A stretch of DNA of 63,285 bases from Perkinsus chesapeaki ATCC PRA-425. Its lineage: Eukaryota; Protista; Perkinsozoa. The position numbers and the translations under genes are program-made. The stretch lies in contig JAAPAO010000144.1 in assembly GCA_013115145.1 (NCBI GenBank), forward strand, positions 1-63,285, given 5' to 3'. The notes beneath the pieces were generated by a model. The model searched no databases. It was given only the letters and a program-made list of their open reading frames with translations, and was not told the DNA's origin. Below are positions 1 through 12,833 of the stretch, one piece after another. Numbering within the stretch: position 1 is the first letter of the stretch; each line of letters starts with the position of its first letter.

Positions 1-2149
1 GATAGAGCTCGAAGTCAGACGACGTAACTCCGGAACCTCTGGAATCGGGGATGCATTCAGCGACACATGACACACACTGTGTGAAGGAATTTCCGTGTGA
101 CGGCTGATATCCTCGACATAAGCTTACAGTATCCTGCTGAACTGTTTTTCCACCTTCGAGATGGGATCGGAATGTGTAACTGACAAGAGTTCTCTGCAGC
201 TGATGATCATTATAAACTTTATAATATGAAGCATTACTTGCAACGGTCACCAGACATGACAATTGTTCAATGTGATATTCCAGAGCAGACAGTGAGTATA
301 AGTTCTCCCTGCGTGCCGTATGCGGGCGTATTCCAGTCGAGGTTACAGGCAAGGTATCCTCGGAATTGCGATGTCGAAAGCATAGACCACGTTTGTCTCT
401 AGCCGCCGAATGGCAGTCCGGATACGCGCAAGGTCTTCCTCCACCATGAGAGATACACAATCTGCGAATTATAGAATAAACCGCATTTGCTCTGCACGAG
501 TAATATCTACTTAGCAACCTCATCAGACTCTCTTTTGCGCGCAAGTTTCGAGCACCCCGGCTCTACGCAGACTGTATGCTTGGCCATGGAAAATGAATAA
601 ATTTGTCTCACGAGGAATAATCCGAGCAACAGGATGTAAGTCCAGGCTCGACGTACAGCAGTTCGTCAAAGATCTTGCTAAGCAAGACTTGCTTTCTTGG
701 TATCTTGCCCAATTCTCGGCATCGCGAATTGTGGCTGCGCATAGAACAATTGTGGCTCCTTAGAACATTTGTGGCCACGGAGAGAAATTTTGTGGCCCGC
801 GCAAAGATTTTTCCTCTGCGGTCGGGCAATCCCTGTTCTGTAAAGCCCACGGCGGTGGGCGTCGTTGTCTCTGGCCTGGCTGTGATAAGGCAGCCAGGCC
901 AGGCCAGCCTCAAAGGTGTATCAAACATGGTGGAGGCAAGGGGAATTTTGTCCCCACCATAGCAAGGTTACCAGCGCGGTTGCACCCCGAAGCGGGGAGG
1001 GCTCAGCAGAAGCTATCCTGGAGGCAGCTCCAGCTGCCTCCAGCTTCTTTGCGGATCTGTTCCCGCCTGCTCTACTCGGGTTTCGAGCCGTAGTACCGGG
1101 TGGGTCAGCATTTTCGATGTCCATGATGGAGACCGAGTCATGGAAACTTCACCTGCATCCCAGGTGGAGCAAAGTGTTTCGGAAACTCCGTTCGTTGGAA
1201 TCGATATTGTTGATCCGCCGGGAATGGTGATTCTCGATCTAGGAGTGGACTTGCACGCCGAGCCTCTCAACCATGTTTGATGCATGTGAGGTTTAATTAG
1301 GGCTATTTGCATGTCGTTCGAAATTTTCATTTTTGTTTTGAGTTTTGGTTTTGGTTTATATATAAGATTTTAGTGCATATGTATACTATATATAGGTCTT
1401 TGTGAAAATTTTAAGATTTTTTTGTTTTTTTATTTAATGCTCCTCGACGACTTTCATCTCGGGGCAGTTATCGAAGCTGAAGAGTGATGAACTAGCGGAG
1501 GATTGTAAAATTTGGTGGATCACATGTAACAAATATGTATATACGATTTGTTGAGTTATTAGTAAACCATATGGAATGCGTATGAGTAGTGACTACTAGG
1601 CCGAATCACTTAGCCTTTGGCATTTGGCCCATATGCGTGGCCTCCTGTGGACGGTCCTTAGTGGACTGGCTCCAGCGTTTGGACGATTCACACTCCACTT
1701 GAGTGACTCCAGTGTGTAATATAATCGATTAGTCGGGCGAAATGAAAATATCGTTCTCGCGCATTTCCCCAAATTCGGTCGTAGATAATAATAATTCTAC
1801 GTTGCGCATATCCCTACCGCTTTGCCTTTGTCGAAGGCTCGACTAGCAGTGTGTGGGGAGTAGTTTGAGCTAGGGGATGTTAACTTAACAGTGTTGAGTT
1901 CGGTATACCAGCGTTGAAGATCGCGCAATCGATTCTGTAATGAAACCTATAATATCATTGTTGAGCTTCGGGTACATTGAATATCGGTATCGCACTGCTC
2001 TCGACCGATTTTGGTTAATCGATATCTGGATTTGACAAATGAGATTCTCCGGGAGGTTCGTAGGAGTTTGCTTAATATTCTTGCGCAAGATTTATCCGAT
2101 AGGTTTATATGCGGTACATCAGCCTATTATATCCTGCTATCCGAACCCG

Positions 2150-3330
2150 TTCTGTCAGCCTCTTTTACATTATGAATATTATTCTGACACTTCTAGCTAT
2201 CATCTTATCAGCTTACAGTCATCGCCTTCACGAGTTATCATTTGTGGAGCTCTCCGATAACCCTTTTGCAAGCAAGGAGCGAGATGCCAAGGAAGTCGCT
2301 GATACTTTGGAAAGTATTAATTTCAATGATGACAAAGGTGATGAGTATAGTCTCGGTGAGCCTAGTGAGGGAGACTCGGTGCATTATTACATATAAAGAC
2401 CAATGAGGGCCATAGAAGGCCATGGTAAACAACTGTTGTTGTAATCATGCAGACTTGTTAATGTGTCTGTGATATATTGCGTTTAAGTCTCCAACTCACT
2501 CGTCGCCCTTTTGAACATAGCATATGTATCCGATTCATTCATACCGCTCTCGTCTGTAATTGCCATTGATACTTGCACCCCTTCAAATGCAGAGAGCACT
2601 CGAGTGCTTTCGAAGTTGATTGTCTTTATGTCCGGAACCCCTCCGCCAGCACCAGCGGTCAATCATCATCAACAGCAACATGGAAAGGCATGGCAGCATC
2701 CATTGGAGACTGGACCGTTAACGGTTTGTGGTACTATAGGGCTCGGAACAGCTTAAAGGTCTTTGGAATCCGGAAGCGTCAGATGTACGGGCACCGTAGA
2801 CAGTCTGTGAGGAAAATATCAATACGGTGTTTTGATCAATACGAGTACGGCCACCTTACTGATTGATGCATCGACACTCGAGGGGACACGGGAGAGTGTA
2901 ACGGCTGTGACAGAGGCAAGTTCTACTATCTGTCTAGTATAATAAGAAGAGAAATAGGTAGTTGAAATCATCACCACTCAAGAGCTCACTCTCGTATGTG
3001 TAATTCACCGCAACAATCAGCCGTACGAAAAGAACGCAGTTGTTGAACACCATGTACAACACCATTATGAGTTACTTTATAATGCTGAAGTACCTGGTAT
3101 GTGGGGGGATGGATAGTACAGAGACTATAATGCTTCAACTGGTGGAATATCTTAATCCTTCGTAACGCAAATTAGCCGTAAAAAGTAAAGACGCTGTTGC
3201 CGGGTAGGGATAAAGACTCTAGAGTCACCAGGATAGTAAAAACCCTGCGAAAGGCCTAACAGTCCCATAAAGGCGTGACAGAGCGAGAATGTACGCTAAT
3301 TCTTGGATAATGAAATCGACGCTTGAATAG
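2150..3330 (+). pseudogene. Possible degenerate papain-family (cathepsin L-like) remnant
   Basis: Signal-peptide-like MNIILTLLAIILSAYS and prodomain-like ESINFNDDKGDEYSLG. Later fragments LTD*C...CNGCDRG (~2855-2915) and WIMKS (~3305) resemble LVDC..GCxGG and YWIxKNSW. Stops and frameshifts throughout. Confidence 0.3.
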
Positions 3331-5549
3331 GACAGGACGCTGATTGCCGGCTGAACCCATTGAGAGAGTCCAAGAGCATTGGTGTTAATGTTAGGCACTC
3401 GACCGCCTTTATTGGAACCGCTAGTTGATGCTATTTGTAAAGCAATTAATGAGGCACTCCAAACCGATGAGGACTTGGCTGAATTAGAGGTACCGAGAGT
3501 TCGGCGTCACGCGCCGCGAAATGTATCGCTGTTACTTAGATAGAAGCGCGGCTAGGGTTTTTAGCGCCTCATCGAGATTCGTATCAAAGAGTGTTGCTGC
3601 CGATTACGTCTCCGTGTATATTACAGGAGTCGGATCACAGCAGAAATTGGCGGTAAGGGAGGGTTGGTGGTGACATGGCGGTGACGGGGTGGTGACAGGT
3701 ATGAATTTCAAGCCTCTGTTATGAGGGAGCAGTTTTATGCTATTCAAAAGCATCTGGAAAAGTTGGCAGCTGGAGTGCCCGGACAGGCGCAAGGGCAGGT
3801 ATTAGGGAAAAAGGGGAGTGTTTAATGGAGCGGTTAAATAGATGAATTGGATAGGTTGGCGGTTTACAGACCCTTCCGCTCGGGTTCGATTCTTTGGGGG
3901 GGTCTATTAGGTATTTCGTATCAAAGAAGTACGGCGGCAAGTGACCACAACAGATGAGTTCTTCGAATCGCCTAAGGAGGGTCGAGTAGGATAGCTTGGT
4001 AGGATTCTGAAAGATACAAACGAGCTCAGATACGTGCCAGCTACGACAGTGATCGATACAGTCTAGGAGACCGCACTCGGCCAATTGAAATCATCCGGAA
4101 GGACAGACTTAAAACGCTTAATATGTACTAGAGGGAAAGTGGAGAGGATTTTACCGTGGGGCTGGGTGTGGGGGGAGGTCATTATTAACCCCAGGAAGGG
4201 AATTGTAACGGCTTGGCTGGCGCCGTTTCGGAGACAAGTTCCTCGTGTGATCGTAGTTCTCAGTGGTACCCTAGGCTGGTGTCCATCTCAGAAGGGGTTA
4301 GTCTTGGATAAAACAGCTCAACTTTCTTGAAAATTAAGTGAGATGTAGAAACAATGTCAGTGGGCTTCATTTTCGATGGTAGGAAGTGAGACGGTTGTTG
4401 TTGTTGTTGTGGTATCAGATTCAGTGGACACTACGATCCAACCTATTGTGATGAGGAGAAGTATCCATTGGACATAAGGATATCGGTTAATAGGGAGAAT
4501 AAATGTAGTACAGCTGAAGGGGAGGTTGTCAGCATGTGAGGGAAGTTTGGTGACCGCGTTAATGAAATCTTGAAGAACCCAAGTTGCCTTTAAGCAACTT
4601 GTTTAAGCACCTTCTACTTGCCTCGTTCTTCTCGCTATTTCAGAGCGAGATTCCTTTATGGGTGAGAAATTAAAGTGGAGCTGCTGTGGTTTGACTGGAA
4701 ATAATTCACACTCCTTGTAGTTGAGAGTTCAATGCAGCTGTATTCCACAGACGTTTGTGTTGGATGACGCCACGTATCGAGATTCGACACAGGCGCTCGT
4801 CGATTGTATGTCTGAAACGCTTCTTGACCTTAACTTTATTGCGCGTTCTTTATCATCATATTTCGGAGACTTCTGCTATGTGTATGAGATTAGCTGTGTG
4901 TTTGGTGGATCGGGGGGGGTTAGGTGATGAATTGAATTGTATCATATAATTGATATAACGTTGCTGTCAGATGGTTGTGTGCCGTCGGATGTGTCTAAGT
5001 GCACTGGAAAGCGTAATAAGACTCGACATTCATATCTATTCAAGGCATGGGAGATTGATTTAACAGAGGTTATTGCCCAGGGGAGACAGGGAGAATGGTG
5101 AGTGGTGGTGGCTGCTGGTATTTGTCGAATATTCAGCAGCTTTGAGGTCTTATACCTGCGAAGGGCCCCTTTCACAGATATAATCTCTCGGAGATTTTTG
5201 TTTATTTTCTGATATTCCTTCGTATTCGTACTACCCCTTCGGAAGGGGAGTGGCGAATAGTGATCAAACAAGAAACGTATTCGACATTCATCACCATCCT
5301 TTCAGTGGTAACATATTTTTGATATATTACGGTGTTACGCGTATATTGCCAAATTGGTAAAACTAATGGATCATCCTAGTTAGTCTCCAACGTTCAGCGG
5401 TTCATGTGTTGAGGGTGTCTGGCGGACAGTGCAGCGCGAGCGGGAATATTTTATTATGAATTCATTCTTTTTATATATTTGTGAATTTATGATATTGTAT
5501 TTCACAAAGTCGCAATTGTTTCCATCAACCTCATACGGTTTCGTTTAGG

Positions 5550-7500
5550 TCGAGCTACGAGGTAGAAGTTGAGTTGAAGAAGGAGTTGATTGCGGAGCAG
5601 CTGAAGAGGCAAAGGCTGGGCAAGAACCACGCAGTGTATGAAATCCTAACAGGTCCTCGATTTTACGGCGCGCGGGAAAATCTGATAATTGGTGTTTAGA
5701 TTTCGTATACTGTGTACGTGATTTGGCTTGGATGTTCGGGGATGCCTACACGGCGGCAGGCGGTCAGCAGTGGAGAAACAACAACAGGAACAGCAACAAC
5801 AATCAGCGAAAAAGGTGCTTGTGTGCATGCGTGCAGATTAGTTCGTACCGACTTTTCCTCAATTTCAGAGGCAGAGGTGGCCCTAATTCCAATGATATTG
5901 ATTTTACGATGTGGATAGAGCCGGATGAGGTGAGACTTATTCTCATGGAGATATGCAGATGGGTTGCCTCCAGTCTCACTAAAATGCATTCTCGATTCCG
6001 TGGTGGACGAAGAGTATCAGGGTAAATCTCATTGGGATAATTTGCAGTGTTACTAGTAGCATCGCAACTCGCGTAGCAGTAACTGTTTTGATGATAGCAA
6101 GTTTTAATAGTAAATTGCTAATTAATATTACTATTAGTAGTAATAATAGGTAATATGCACGAAATGCAATCGGCGAAGGAATATGCTTATAGTTGGGGCC
6201 TCCCACTGGGGGATAGTTCTATTGCTTCAATGGCTAGGCAACTTTTTTGAAGTGTAAAACCTCGCTTTATCTTCACAGATACAGCAGCGGTACTTAAAGC
6301 GAGTGGCACCGGTTTTCCCTATCATTGGTGATTACTGTTTTACAATTGCCGATGAGATATTAACACCGAAGTCGAGTGAGGAGGAGGAAGACGGAGGCGT
6401 CTCCGAGCCAACCGGGAGTAGTGGACGATCTGGCTCCGTTTGTCGCGCACAATATGAGGCAGATACCGATGGTGATGTGAATATGGCGTCGACGGAAGAG
6501 ACTGCAGTGACGGAAGAGCCAAAGGAGAAGGTCGATGCTGGTAGTCTGCTGCTTTCTGACACCTCTAGCTCACCATCGTTGGGTTTGCTGTTGTAGGCAT
6601 TACATACAACAAAAGTGACTCTGGTGGTGATGTAGGGCTATTCTTTACTCGATCTGCCGATTGGATCCTCCTCCGAACTCATTTTCTTCAGGTCCCCACG
6701 AGCCACAACCCGCAGACGTTGGAATGACCACGGCCGGTATCGAGAGCCATGAGGAGGAGGAGGAGCCCCTAGCGATGCCTGAAGACTTGGAAGGGGCACT
6801 GGCGCTGGATATGTTGGAGGGACATGATGAAGATGAAATATATCATCCAGACACACCTGGTGAGGACTCGGTGGCTGGGTATTCTTCCAATCTTAATCAG
6901 GGTCTCCGCCTGAAAATATAGCATCGCCTGAAGCAGCAGCATCATCGCCACCGCCGCAACCGCCAGCTGAAAACGAAACTGTCAATATTACCAACTCCGG
7001 TAGGCTATCTGAGATGTCTCTACGGCGTGAACTGCAGGATTGATTTGAACGCTGAGCGGCTGGGTAACGCTGCGCTAATTTGAGTGGGAACCTTTCGCCG
7101 CAGAGGAAGTTTCCGGGAGGGTCTTTCCCAATATCTCTTGGAGCTGCTTCTTTACTGTGTGGATATTCAGTCCCACCCTCATTGATGAACGGCGTCGCAG
7201 CTGAACCAAAAGCAGAAGTATCATTGTCAACTCTTGTGGGCCCACAGAAGAAGACAGAGACGGCCGAAGAAAATGATGGTGAAATATGGTTCTGCCAGGG
7301 ATTGAACCTGGATCTTGTGCCCATCAGATAACGACGATGCTTCCTCAACGTCATCTTCATCCTCCTCTAGTGGGTCAGAGTCTTCGGGCAGCTCGTCTGA
7401 TTCGGATTCCGACTCGGGATCCTCAAACGGCTCTGATTCCAGTAGCAGCAGCGACAACGAAGACGAGGGCGGCGGGGGCGCTAACGATACCACTACGTGA
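5550..7500 (+). CDS. Multi-exon hypothetical protein, acidic/Ser-rich low-complexity C-terminus (5' end uncertain)
   Basis: Successive + strand exons (EVELKKELIAEQLKRQRLG; RGRGGPNSNDIDFTMWIEPDE; IQQRYLKRVAPVFPIIGDY; SSSSDSDSDSGSS...TTT*) bounded by GT..AG. Junction 7278/7328 restores the frame. Confidence 0.5.
7279..7327 (+). other. 49-nt GT-AG intron that is an antisense tRNA 3' half
   Basis: Reverse complement reads CT GAT GG GCACA AGAT CCAGG TTCAATC CCTGG CAGAACC A (perfect T-stem). Splicing gives ENDD|NDDASS; the unspliced frame stops at 7331. Confidence 0.7.
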
Positions 7501-7601
7501 CGACATTTCTCTCCACTGACCTTTACTGTACCATAATCGTATCCTGACCTCTCTTGTGCGTTTTGTTAGACTTCCTGATGCTAGGCAGAGCGTTTATTGA
7601 A

Positions 7602-8387
7602 ATGGCCAGGGTCTTCTTATTTGTGGGGCTGCTAGTGTGTGCCGGCTGTGGATTACCTCCGGTGTATATAGTCCGACATGCGGAGAAGCCGCAAGACTCG
7701 CCGTCTTTGGATCTTTCGCTCAGGTAACTACTACACAGTGTTATTGTTGATGACGTATCAAATGTCTAAACCTTCATCTAGAATCACGCTCCAGAACCGC
7801 CCGTTGTTTTTTGCATTCCGAGTGTGTTTTCAGAGGCGAAATCCGTGCTGCAGCATTATCGGCAGTTTTCTTCCCGAAATGGAGCCCCTCCAAGTTCGGC
7901 TCGATAGGTGAGTAGGCTTAGCCCTCTAGGCTACGCCGACTTGGAGTCTAGCTCTTGGGCAGATTGCCTTTTGTCGTGCAGATGTCGTCATCACTCAGCA
8001 ACCCTCTGATGACTTTCCTATCAAGCGCGAGCTACAAACGGCTGAAGCTATCATCGCTAACACGTCCACTCCATTGAGACTTTTCCGGTCCGTCGATGAC
8101 AGAGCGGCAACTTCGCAACCTGCTGTGTCAGGCACGCAGACGAGATAGACCTGTTGGACTACCTCGAGCGGGTAACATCTGGTGGACAAACGCCTTTGCT
8201 CGTTTGGGAACATTATAGAATTCCAGCAGTGGCCGTCGGACTTCTTCTCCGTTTCAACGACTCTTACGCGGATGCTCGGTACCCTGTATGGGCAGATGAC
8301 CGGTATGACATGCTTTGGGAACTCAATCTTGAAAGTGGCAGGATAGATCAGCATTGCTTGGTAGGTGCTAGAGCCCGTATAACGTAA
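7602..8387 (+). CDS. Secreted histidine phosphatase superfamily protein (RHAEKP type), 4 exons
   Basis: MARVFLFVGLLVCAGCG signal peptide; VYIVRHAEKP catalytic motif; GEIRAAALSAVF; LLVWEH; DDRYDMLW. Introns ~7724-7794, 7909-7981 and 8088-8131 keep the frame open. Confidence 0.7.
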
Positions 8388-8658
8388 GGTTTATATTGAG
8401 AATCAATAATTTCGTTATGGCATATCTATTCGTTGTCCTCTGAGCCCTTGATAAGGGCCCTTATGAAGGGTCTCACCTTCGCCTCGCATCAGTGCTCACA
8501 AATCCTACCCATCTGATAGTATTTGTAGAGCTTTCGGATCTCATATGCACAGGGAAGCCATCACTTTGCTGGTGTTACACCAGTGGTGTAATCCATAATT
8601 TCCGAGTCACGTTGGGCTCACATTGTACGCCTCACAAACTTCGAGACGATCCTTCAAA

Positions 8659-8951
8659 AGTTGACAGTGTCAACTGGGTGTCAACTTGACACCCAAATTT
8701 TGCAGAATCTTTGCGACAAAGTTTTTGCTTCCGGTGGTCCGGAAGTTCGAGGTCGATTTAATCGACCTGAAGATGGTTGCGGATGGTCATGATAGAATCG
8801 ACCTCGAGCTACCGGATAACTCTATGAGTCATAGAGTTATCCGGTCATGAGTCATAGACTATGACGGGGCTTCTATCCCGGTGCCCGCCTCGGGAAGCCC
8901 GGTTCGGGTCGCCGACCCGGGGTCGGTGGCTCCACAGTGAAGCCTTCACTG
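8659..8951. repeat. Cluster of perfect odd-length palindromes (1-nt centre)
   Basis: 8659-8675 (8-bp arms), 8676-8694 (9), 8750-8768 (9), 8811-8845 (17), 8912-8926 (7), 8935-8951 (8). Confidence 0.85.
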
Positions 8952-11303
8952 CGCCTACCCGCACAGTGTGCTTTACTCTGTGTTGCTGATGATGTCATGC
9001 TAAGATTAATCTCCATACGCTCCGCTGAGTGAGGGTCGCTCCGCGGTATATCGAGCTTTGAGCTTCACCTGACGACTATCAGTCGCCAAGCCTGTTCAAA
9101 ATGAGAGACGTTCTGCATATGAAGTTCACTGCCGTCATGTGGTACATTCTCAAGACTCACTCAGCGTAATATCACGCAGTGTGTACGCTGCACGCGTCGA
9201 GTGTAATCCTACGTCACGAATCATATTTGGATCATGAAGCAACAGTGAGTATCGCCTTGATTGTCTTGAATACTCGCAGAGCTACTCCCGCTTTAAATAT
9301 AGTATATTAGTCGGAGGCTTGGCATCAAGCACCAATGACTCGATTGCGATCATGTTCGCGAGCAACGGCTGTTTCACGACTGTGGGTGCAGTGACTATCT
9401 TTGATAGTGGGCGGGCCGCTGTCAGTGGCCCGTCTAATCATTGGTTCCAGTATATTGTAACGGAGTGATATACTGTTCACGATGTACTCGAGCCGAGCAG
9501 CTCTTGTTAAAACGGGTGCGTGCCTCAGTCTGAAGCACTCTGAGGCCCTCAGAGCCCATATATGTATGATTCCAAGTACATCAAGCGGGTGGCGTCCTCA
9601 TGCACTCTGGAAGAGGTTTACACCGCGGTCTAAGTTTGTCGGTGGTGTGCAACAAATCAGCCAAGAGCCCATATACGTATTGAATACATTGTATTAACTC
9701 ACCCACTAGTTTGAATCATGAGGTACTAGGGTAGTATTACCAGTACTATATAGCCGAGCAACCCACAGGGTTGTATTATAGGCTACTTGTAACTAGTACT
9801 TGTATTACTAGGCCCCCAGGGTGTATTTCGCTTGATTCTCATGTTGCGTTGCACTAGGCATGACTGTTTGCGAAGTCCCAGAGGCTTAGTCTACATACAA
9901 GCTTGTATTACAAGCTACGTGCTACGGCTTCGGGATTCTCTCAAAAAGCTGGGGAAATACGCGGGACGGGCGAACTCTGTCATTGCTACTTTGCCTCAGG
10001 AGCTTCTTTTTGGAGACCTCAGCTGCCGTCCCTTCACAGTGTTCCCGCCCAGCGAGTACTTGAGAACCGCGAAGCTTCCAATGATCGATCGTATATGATT
10101 CATGATTTCTCGAGTATTTTGCTTGTAGTGTTCTTTTGCATTGGTTACATTATTGTTATTAAAGGACTCTCATGCTGATTATTTGACCAGCATTAAGAAA
10201 ACCCTAGTATGCGAGTCCGACTAGAAACGACATCGACCATTTTCCCGGCTTACTTTCACAGGTTATGTGGCATTGCTAGTGATGCTCACAACGACGTTGT
10301 TCCTGCTGTTACACTGTAACAGTTACAGCAGTGCTGAACGACTTGTGCAAGATGTATGAGATACTAGCACTCGTTGCCGTATGTGTTCATATGGCTTGAC
10401 TATTTCATTGTTATATTTTCATTATCATATTTTCACTATTTTCCGTATTTTTGCTGTTGTACGAGTCTCCACTTTGATTCTCGCTTTGCAGTTTATTCCC
10501 AGTAGACAGGTACCTGGCTGTCATGACTATGTTTCATATTGATTTGCGAATGCTGCGTTCCTCAATTAACAACGGGTACACCTTTCGGATTGTATGGCTA
10601 ATGCGGAGAGCTCAGCCCAGGAGTATCGGCCTGTGCATGGCGGTTACCCAGCGCCGATGGGATCGACCAGCTTACGCTATGGCGGGCAAGTTGAGAGAGC
10701 ATCAAATCGAGGCGGTGATGCCGAAGTGAACAGTCGAAGCGATGTTCACATGCGTGGCGACAAAGTAGTCCATGATGCTCTTGAAGAGCAGCTCTTCTGC
10801 TGGAACCAATATCAGCTGAATAATATGCACCTTCCCTTGAGCTTGTCACTGGATAGGTACTCACTGTGGCTAGGACGGCGAAACGAACTCTGGAAGAAGT
10901 GTTAACCATCTCATCGAAGGTATCAGTACTTCTCAATACTTGCTGAGCTGTGATTTAGGCTTCGACCGGATCGGAACCGAAGTGCGCCAAGACCCGAGGA
11001 AATGATGTACAATTCTATTCGATGGATATCGACCACCAACAACTGTCTCTATGATGATTGTCTTATAATCAAACAGCTCATATCACATTGAACACGTCAT
11101 TGTTGAGTTCCGCATTAAACTTCTTAACACAATGCAACTTGAACATTGAGCAAAAAGGTCGATACAACACACAGAAAGTTAGAGCAGAGGGCACCGCTGT
11201 GCCACAGCGGCACCAGCGGTGAGCAAACACATATCTAAACAGGGTAGAAGAAGTTCATGAACCTCTAACTACAGGCGGAGCCTTTTAGAATAAGGCAAAA
11301 TAT

Positions 11304-12062
11304 TTACAAAGAGCAAACCTCCTTCAAGGCAATACGCTTAGCGACGTTGATGCCGGTCTTGATCATACGATCTTTGCCTTCGGCAACCGTGTTTCCATGG
11401 GGATCGTAATCACCTTCATCCCACTTGAGCGGGGAACCATCAACAGTACACACAGCGGCAGCTCGAATTCCTCGAATAGCAGCCACGATAAATAACGCGG
11501 AGTTCTCCATCTCGACACCAATAGCGCCAGCAGCAGCATTTGTTGCTAGGGTTTGCTCGACGGCCGGGCTCGGATAGAATATCGCACTAGCCAAAGTGAT
11601 ACCAAAGTGAACTCTATCATAACCAAGAGACTTTGCGGTGTCACGAAGAGCGAGGCAGATCTCCGGATCAGCTACAGCAGGGAAGCCCTTTGGAGCGAGA
11701 TACTGAGTAACACCGTCTTCCGCACCAGAACCAGTCGTGATGATTAAGTCGCCTTGCTTGATTGAATCGGGCCTCAGAGATCCGCATGTTCCCATACGAA
11801 TGATAAACTTGGCACCACATTTGATAAGCTCCTCGAAACATATAGCAGCACCGGGACCACCAACACCATGAGAAGCAACAGTGAAGTCGGCACCTCCAAA
11901 AGTAACATTGAAGGTCCTGTACTCCCTGTTGTAAGCGAGCTCCTCGCATGAATCACAATACTTAGTAGCGATAAGCTCTGCACGGCCGGGATCGCCAACC
12001 ACGCAGCAAACAGGTCGGATAGAACCTTCGGTGATAGCAAGATGAGGAGCTTGATACACCAT
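11304..12062 (-). CDS. PNP: Purine nucleoside phosphorylase, Plasmodium PNP-like (PNP/UDP family), intronless, 252 aa
   Basis: VGDPGRA, SHGVGGPGAAICFEEL, RMGTCGSL, EMENSALF, DGSPLKWDEGDYD. Confidence 0.95.
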   Translation of the reverse strand: MVYQAPHLAITEGSIRPVCCVVGDPGRAELIATKYCDSCEELAYNREYRTFNVTFGGADFTVASHGVGGPGAAICFEELIKCGAKFIIRMGTCGSLRPDSIKQGDLIITTGSGAEDGVTQYLAPKGFPAVADPEICLALRDTAKSLGYDRVHFGITLASAIFYPSPAVEQTLATNAAAGAIGVEMENSALFIVAAIRGIRAAAVCTVDGSPLKWDEGDYDPHGNTVAEGKDRMIKTGINVAKRIALKEVCSL

Positions 12063-12833
12063 GAGGAGAAATATAAAATCGTGACTTGATAGTGGTTAGG
12101 AGAAGCTCACAAGAAGCGTCCTAGCGGTATCTTAGCGCAGCTTCCACAGACTGGAATATCATACGATCACACAAAGTTGTCGTCATCCTTTGTCGAAGCG
12201 GCACGCGTTCTTCTTCAAGGTGTACCGGCAGGACAAGCAGTATGACCCATACGAATAGGAGAATGAAACCTCCAGGGCATTGCGAAATTACTAAATCGTT
12301 TAATACTGAATGGGATATCTCTGCTGTATAGAGTGCTTCAGTAATACTACGTAGGATATAATATAGAATTATCTACTGGATATTGTATAGGATATATAGA
12401 TGTTCTAGTGTAACCAGGAACCTTGCATGCGAGCAGCGTGTTAGATGAAAGAACTGGTACAAACTTGCATAATAGTTCTGCCGATTGAACCAGCCGGGAT
12501 CACATCGGACAACTCATGAGATACTGTGTATATTAGCAGAATACTCGATGTATTTTACTAGCACTTAAACCTCTATTCTGAATGCTTTAGAGCCTCTAAA
12601 GCCTCTAAATTAGAGGGAATGCCAACTCTATCCCCGAAATACTCATACTGCTTACTCACTACTGCTAACACAACAAACCAAATATTCTGAAATCGCCGCC
12701 AAAGGGACTAGGCAGTAGATAGGCTCTGGAGAGCCATGAATTGGAACAGAAAGTTGGGGAGAGCAGGAACAGAAATTAATACTCAGTAACATTTTAATGA
12801 GATACTCGCAGTGTCCACAGAAAACCTCTTCAT

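Noticed and set aside
608-1330. Several overlapping ORFs of 67-106 aa
   Set aside because: No recognisable domains; likely shadow ORFs or decayed repeat sequence.
3600-5300. C-rich minus-strand ORF fragments suggestive of a decayed retroelement
   Set aside because: No diagnostic gag, RT or endonuclease motif could be identified.
9301-10098. TBP-like phrases (TIFDSGRAAVSG; LRDSLKKLG)
   Set aside because: The first probably lies in a GT..AG intron, the spacing does not fit, and no full TBP repeat can be built.
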